DNA of 64,000 nt, from NCBI GenBank assembly GCA_964016885.1, contig OZ024740.1, positions 438,774,001 to 438,838,000 of the forward strand, read 5' to 3'. The translations under genes were made by a program, and so were the position numbers. The notes under the pieces were generated by a model that had not been told where the DNA came from, searched no databases, and was given only the letters and a program-made list of their open reading frames with translations. This stretch comes from Eledone cirrhosa. Taxonomy: Eukaryota. Shown one piece after another: positions 57,251 through 64,000 of the stretch (its first letter is position 1; each line of letters begins with the position of its first letter).

Positions 57251-58050
57251 GTTTATGATATTTCATCTCCTTCATGAAGAAATGTAATATATATAAGAAA
57301 ATCCTGTGACTAAACCCATGCAGTGTGTGACAAAAATGAAAGCATAATGCTTTTAATTTACTGTTAATAATGAGATGTTCTGCCGCCATTTGAAATAGTT
57401 GATGTCAACATTCTGTGGTTTTTAACTGCGTGATAGAAATCGTCAAGAGATTTTCTTGTGTGTCTAAACTGACCTTGAAATTGCAGATCTCTAACAACTT
57501 CCTCATCAGATGTTCTGTATCAGGTGCTTTAACTATATATCACTGACACAATATCAAAATCTATAATACATCTTATCTTACAACCGAGCAAATTGTACAA
57601 AAAAAGAATTAAAGTAAGTGAAGAACTCCTGGTGACAAGAACATTCCAACCAGCTTGTGGCATTTTCAAATAATGATGATATGAAAGCTTTGTATAATTG
57701 TTTGAAAGCATTCTCTTTGCATAGATATGCCATCACTTCAGTTTCATTTCAGTTGGTGCAAGCCTCCTCTGGAAAAATAGATACTATCCTAGATCGTTGG
57801 TCAAAACTTTATCAATACACTAATAAATAATCATTTCACAGTGGATACAGAAGTACTAAATACTTTTATTCAACAACACCTAACATATAAGTTAGACCTC
57901 AAACTAATATCTCAAATTCAGCAACTTGTTCTAGGTGAGGCCTCATACGAGGAGGATTATCCCTGTCAATGTTTATAAAATGCACGTGCCTATTCCGAAA
58001 CCCATAATTTGTCGGGCTGTCTCAAATCTGTATGATTCTCAGAATTCTAT

Positions 58051-58348
58051 CATAATACAAGAAGAAAAGCCATAATACATTCCTGCAAGAAGAGAGACCA
58101 TAATACATTCCTGCACGAAGAAGGGCCATAATACATTCCCGCAAGAAGAGAGACCATAATACATTCCTGCACGAAGAGAGACCATAATACATTCCCGGAA
58201 GAAGAAAAGCCATAATACATTCCCGCAAGAAGAAAGACCATAATACATTCCCGCAAGAAGAGAGACCATAATACATTCCCGCAAGAAGAGAGACCATAAT
58301 ACATTCCCGCAAGAAGAAAGGCCATAATACATTCCCGGAAGAAGAAAA
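58051..58348. repeat. 28-bp minisatellite, about 10 copies (CCATAATACATTCCYGCAAGAAGAGAGA)
   Basis: CATAAT at 58071, 58099, 58127 and onward. Confidence 0.95.
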
Positions 58349-58890
58349 AGAACCAGGCTAGAGTGTGGAGTTCCAAACTCGGTAATTGAAATAATATATT
58401 TCTAAGGGAATGACGGCTTTCATGCAGGGATTCCTATGATTGATAGCTGGAGATGTTAGATTCCGCCAGAATCTATTCTGCTGCTGTTCTCTGGATTAGC
58501 TTTAATAAATATCAAATTCGAACGTATAAGGTTTTCATTCAAAAACTATAGAATCTTCACAAGTGGATATCACAATTTATTCTACACTCAGCACAGGGTT
58601 TTAAATTCTTCATCTAATTGCAGAAAAGGCTAAATTCCTCGTCCTCTAGTCACTGAAACGTGATAAAACCTGGACGAGAGGTCAAACTCTAACCTTATAA
58701 TCTACAATATCGACAGTAGTTGAATTCACTGACAAGATTTCAGTTATCTTCTCTTCAAAGACGCTAGAATATTTGGCCAATACCTTCATCACATGTTAAT
58801 CTCTTAGAACTCACCAAAGGAAAAATAATGCCACACCCCAAACATGCGACATTCCGCTGTTGTCGTTATTAGTGAAAGATGAAACTGCCA

Positions 58891-59116
58891 TGATAATAAT
58901 GATTTATTATATAGGCACAAAGCCAGCAATTTTTGTGGAGGGGAAAGTCGATTAAATCGACCCCAGTGCGTGACTGGTACTTTATTTTATCGACCCCGTA
59001 AGGATGAAAGGCAAAGTTAACCTCGGCAAGAGTTGAACTCAGATCATAAAGGGCCGTAACTCTATGCGTCAAACCATGGCGTCCGGCCCCCTACCGATAC
59101 TGCCAATCCACCGCCC
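58891..59116 (-). mobile_element. tRNA-derived SINE (family 1), full length, with apparent TSD
   Basis: Same head and central domain as 43879-44074; CCATGATAATAATGA occurs at both ends (about 58888 and 59115). Confidence 0.88.
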
Positions 59117-60204
59117 ATGATAATAATGACACTTTTTAGAATAATTTCAAACAGCAGGTGGTAAAATAAAATATGAAATAGAAATGATCTCAATTAAAGG
59201 TGAAATATGTTTGTCACTTTCTCGTGAAATGTGATTCTATTTGTATTAGATACATGTTCTGCAAGTCGTCTTATTTTTATCTATAGAAATGTTCCATTTG
59301 CTCTCACATTAAATGATGCAACACGTGTACCGTCATTTTGTAATTAAATAACTCAATAAAAATATCTAGAATCAATATTTCTAGAAATCAACCTACGTCT
59401 CTGATAATTAATGCAGGTTTGATGACACAAAACAACAAGATTCCTTCATTAAAATTCACAAACCTCCGGTAAATACTGCATCTCATCTCAATATATGTGT
59501 TCTCACAAATATGTGACAATGCTACAATTTACACAAACACCAGTGACTGCATTTTAAAAACGACCGTCTTATTAATTGGCGAAAAATTATTTCGCCAACA
59601 CCCTACAGCCCTTAACTCACAAACACGCTCTAAACCTTATATTTTTTTATAACGCTCCCTGTTCATTGTAATTAATTACAAACTCCTTTCAATTAGAAAC
59701 CACAAACACCCCTTGTAGACTTTTACTCGTCACTTTTATTGTGTCTTATCTACCTACTTACCGCAATACGCCCTTCACTCTGTTGGTTTTCCGCTGAAGA
59801 GGATCTTTGCTGAACAACTTCAAACCATGATGGATACCAGCGACATCAGCTTTACAAGACTTGATGTGTGTGCAATGGATGTATGTGACAAGATCCATCC
59901 GTTTATTAAAAAATGCAAACTGAATGTGATGCGGGTTCCCGTGAAAAACATAACAGTGAGCACTCTAAAATTCCTCTTGCGCTCATTCTGCCGTAACCGC
60001 AACATCATGTCCTCAGCGCAACAAGTGATATGTCACTCGTAATTATCTATCACATACCTTCATTGTCCTCTTGAGAGGGAATTTCTTTGTTCCAGATAGG
60101 CGAAAGTTTTACAGACACGAATACATCAAAATTAGAGACACTCACACACACACATACTCTCTCTCTCTCTCTCTCTCGCTCTCTCTCTCTTTCTCTCTCT
60201 CTCT

Positions 60205-60248
<44 letters not shown>

Positions 60249-60592
60249 TACAGTAGAAATATATACATACATTGTTTTAGGGTTGAAGTGAAACGAGAGT
60301 TCCTAATCTTCATTAAGACATCCCTCCATGGGAAGGTCTCTTGGATATAAAACCTATGACTTGGTTTGCATCCAATGATGTAGCCCAGTTCTACGTTGTG
60401 GGTGTTTAGAGATTAGGATTGGTTCCGTGAAAACCCTTTCCTCACTTAAAAAAGGGTCAAGCACAATGCTCGCTTGATATGTGACAGTTTTTGGGCCAGG
60501 GGCAAGTCTGTAGAAGGAATAAAAGCTAGGTTCGTAATGCTCATGCTTAAATATCAAGTGATGGCATTACTCGCAATCGAGATGCAGCCATC

Positions 60593-60682
<90 letters not shown>

Positions 60683-61139
60683 CCCCGTCCATTATCACAC
60701 CCCTAGATTCCTATCGCTTTCTCCTTATCATCTTCTCTTACAACTAATACAGGCCGACTATATATGCTCACTCCACTTTTCTCTTCACTGCTCTGTATAC
60801 ACACATACACACCCTTATATTAACATACTTTTGCTCATAGCTTCGTACTTACATGCACACACACTCTTTTACTCACATATATACAAACATTCGTTCTCAA
60901 CTTCGTACGGACGTATAATAACACACCCACACACACATGCTCAAGTATAGCTCTTTTTACAAAACGTTTTTTTTTCCATTTCAGGTATTCGCGCGCCATC
61001 ATCCACTTTTCTAAAAAAACAAACCATACACAAAACGCTGGCACCAACAGTTTTGCAAGAGATGTCAACATGAATGGACCTGTTATTTTTATCTAAAGAC
61101 ATTTTTTCAAATTCCAACCCGCCCGTCACCTCAATCTAT

Positions 61140-61273
61140 CTTATTTCTCATTCTTTCTTCTGATGAAGGACTAGCATCCGAAACGTTAAGACCCTCTTCT
61201 TGCTATATCAAGCGTTAACCTAATATATCCCTTCCATATGCTGTACCGATTGTGTTGTTATTTGTTTACCTTT

Positions 61274-61277
<4 letters not shown>
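61140..61277 (+). mobile_element. pLTR end, family D, with hammerhead at 61156-61191
   Basis: TCTT-CTGATGA-A-GGA-CTAGCA-TCC-GAAA-CG-TT-AAGA; abuts (TA)n. Confidence 0.72.
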
Positions 61278-61319
<42 letters not shown>

Positions 61320-61320
<1 letters not shown>

Positions 61321-62490
61321 TAAAATAACAGATTAAAGTTTAAGCAAAGAATCGCTGCTTTCACCCTTAACGGGATCTTCTGAAACTAACAAAGTCAATC
61401 TGTAAACGCAGAACTGGATATTTCAAAAAACGTTGCAACCGGAGGAAGACAGGAAGACGATACTTTGGTTCGTGGTAACGTTCGCTGGCTAAGAACGGGA
61501 AAAAACGAATATAATACGTCATTAATAGGAGCGGCGAAAAACAATTACGCGCAAAGACAGAACCACGTTTAGGTATAAAAGAGGTCGTAGACTAATGTTC
61601 TCTTAGGTGGTGCATAGAGACGTTCTTTGACAATGAACGAAGATAATAAGTCATATGTGGAGCGTGGAGAACAATAGCACGCAAAGACAAAACCACGTAA
61701 ATGGTATAGCAGAAGTTGTAGACTAAAATTCTAACTAGGAGACCAAATGAATCTCCGCTACCGAGTTAAGAACAAAGTAAATAAATACAATACAGAAGTA
61801 ATAGAAATAAATAAATACATACACGCAAACAAATACGTACATACACAAGCATACGCAAAACATTACCATAGGTATACAACCACGCACATATAAATATGTG
61901 TGTGCGTGTATGCTTGTGTACAAATAAATAAATAATTATATAAACGTATATAAGTAAATAAATACGTATATAACAAGCGCACACACATACCTACATATAA
62001 ATACACGAATGTTCGGAGACGTAAGTCAACTAAAACAAGAAGTACACATATACACACACCCACCATACGTACGAACCTGCATACTCACGCAGACGCAAAA
62101 CTCCCATATACACATAACCAAGCCCTAAATACCAGAATATATAAAAATGATACGCCATAACAATCAAATATACGTACGAGAAGGTATACAACCTTCACAA
62201 AACATACAGGTAATATATATTTACCTATGCAAATAAGTAAAGGAATAAACAAAACATATACTTAGCTCCCACATCAGGACGTAAAATATCCACGTATAGA
62301 TCGTACTATCCGTTAGGGTAGAACGTGGGGCTGTAATACAGGAAAGTTTTGTGCAATTTATGTTTACAAGCCGAAATTGCCTCAGATTTTTTGTTTAAGA
62401 TGTGGTCTGTGGCGTAGAGTATTTCCAGGGCCTCAGCGGCGCAGAGGTCACATGGTCTTTTATTTCCGTTATATGATCTAGCCCTAGCTA
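61320..62490 (-). mobile_element. PLE 3' fragment: endonuclease C-terminus, 3' UTR and degenerate hammerhead (about 61350-61388)
   Basis: ARARSYNGNKRPCDLCAAEALEIL..ILNKKSEAISACKHK at 62315-62490; CAGAAGA-TCCC..GGGT-GAAA. Confidence 0.78.
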
Positions 62491-62502
62491 TATATATATA
62501 TA

Positions 62503-63446
<944 letters not shown>

Positions 63447-64000
63447 GAGCGCGGCAAAGTGAGAGACTAATTATCTAAGGTTTTACCTCGGTATGTAGGT
63501 GCATATTTAGCTAAAATATCATTAAAACAAAATAAAGGGAACTTAAACGAGGCGATGTTTAATTGAATTAGTTCTTTCTGTACCTGAAACATCACAATTT
63601 TTTAATTAATTGAACATTTGGGAGATTTGTGTGGGTGGAGGAGGTGTTAATATATTTCTCTGGTTGTAGGAAAAGTGATTGGGAGGCAATATATATATAT
63701 AGAGAGAGAGTGACAGAGAGAGTGAGAGAGAGAGGGGGGGAGAGAAAGAGACACTATAGAGAGAATGTGAGGCAGGAGCAGAATATGTACATATATACAT
63801 ACATACATATATATATATATGTATAGAAGTTTCGTATTTCGAAAGAAATACGATTTTAGGAAGCCGTAGCTATGCGAACACCGGGGAGCTAACGCCTCTG
63901 GTGTTGTCCAGCAGAAGCAAGGGGGACAACCGTCTATGCATTTCAGGCTTGACTGGCCATCGTCAGGACGATCCCTCCCACCGTTTGCGACTGCTGGACT

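Noticed and set aside
57495-57515. Minus-strand CTGATGAG as a hammerhead
   Set aside because: No stem II or GAAA partner at a suitable distance.
58022-58376. Cys-rich repeat ORFs
   Set aside because: Translations of the 28-bp minisatellite in all three minus frames.
57300-58860. Possible highly decayed LINE or other coding remnant on the minus strand
   Set aside because: Only vague motif resemblance with many stops; cannot be supported without a translated search.

Overview
AT-rich eukaryotic repeat-dominated DNA, probably from a cephalopod/mollusc (inferred from the SINE sequences and the density of TA microsatellites, not verified). No intact host protein-coding gene is supportable; nearly all ORFs in the track are repeat translations. 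Bases 1-25190 are a 9-bp satellite (TTAGAYATG) with nested higher-order structure: variable 3.1-4.3 kb macro-units and a 15,254-bp near-exact duplication. Bases 27963-38197 are a chain of three minus-strand Penelope-like retroelements (RT plus C-terminal GIY-YIG, all decayed) with direct and inverted pseudo-LTRs (pLTRs), one interrupted by a 552-bp solo-LTR-like insert. The rest is a patchwork of PLE stubs sitting in TA arrays, tRNA-type SINEs, a 51-bp and a 28-bp minisatellite, a 168-bp MITE with a 6-bp TSD, and microsatellites. The most notable signals are about 15 minimal hammerhead-ribozyme motifs from several unrelated pLTR families, coding-free palindromic ribozyme mini-elements, and a short GAGYRCT motif shared by several families 60-90 nt downstream of the ribozyme cleavage site. 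Coordinates were read by eye and element boundaries are approximate.
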